From: Chloroflexota bacterium
Lineage (GTDB): Bacteria; Chloroflexota; Anaerolineae; B4-G1; SLSP01
NCBI GenBank assembly: GCA_034717835.1
Contig: JAYELZ010000034.1
Span: 1 to 58,625 of the forward strand
DNA: 58,625 bases
Direction of reading: 5' to 3'
How positions within the stretch are numbered: position 1 is the first letter of the stretch; every line of letters starts with the position of its first letter. Positions 58,424-58,625 of this stretch are shown piece after piece. Under the pieces are notes generated by a model, which worked only from the letters and a program-made list of their open reading frames with translations, made no database searches and was not told where the DNA came from. Made by a program: the position numbers and the translations under genes.

Positions 58424-58625
58424 AAGTGATTACCTGATCTTAGCGGCTTGGCGCCGTAGCAGTAAGGATACTTGTTTCTAACAAACTACAGTTGTGGCAG
58501 GCCTCTAGGCCGTGCCGCCAGGCCGCGTCAAGTTGTCTAGGCGGGCACGGTCAGGAGACCGGCCCGAGCGGCGCGTGGCTACAGTGCGCTCTCTTGTTAT
58601 TTCGAGCCAGAGCGACACGCTCAAC

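Overview
A bacterial chromosomal segment. The gene families and intergenic repeats suggest an anaerobic Chloroflexota (Anaerolineae-like) organism, which is an inference. From left to right: (1) a low-GC RloC-like AAA ATPase gene ending in an integron attC-like site, followed by remnants of defence and toxin-antitoxin genes; (2) an ~11 kb minus-strand redox cluster with one Cys-type formate dehydrogenase alpha subunit, two different NuoE/NuoF (HydC/HydB-like) pairs, a thioredoxin-like ferredoxin, and a regulatory set (two DRTGG proteins, a CBS-kinase, a HATPase and a PHP protein), with no hydrogenase catalytic subunit; (3) housekeeping and accessory genes (DegV, DUF554, Tex, methyltransferase, split cyclase-STAND-TPR gene, rfbB, ttcA, kptA, Ugp-like ABC transporter, cold-shock protein, radical SAM, CGGC, GT2); (4) xanthine-dehydrogenase-family subunits separated by a repeat-flanked nucleotidyltransferase pair; (5) a decayed region of broken kinases and a three-gene mosaic; (6) a two-component system, an ECF transporter with an unassigned S-like component and a long structured leader, tRNA-Gln(CTG) and truD. 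Several REP/MITE-like repeat families sit in the intergenic DNA, and no CRISPR array was seen. The best candidate for a new system is the FDH operon, which carries both a bifurcating-type and a non-bifurcating-type flavin module alongside kinase/phosphoesterase regulators. All family assignments come from motif recognition by eye; no database searches were run.
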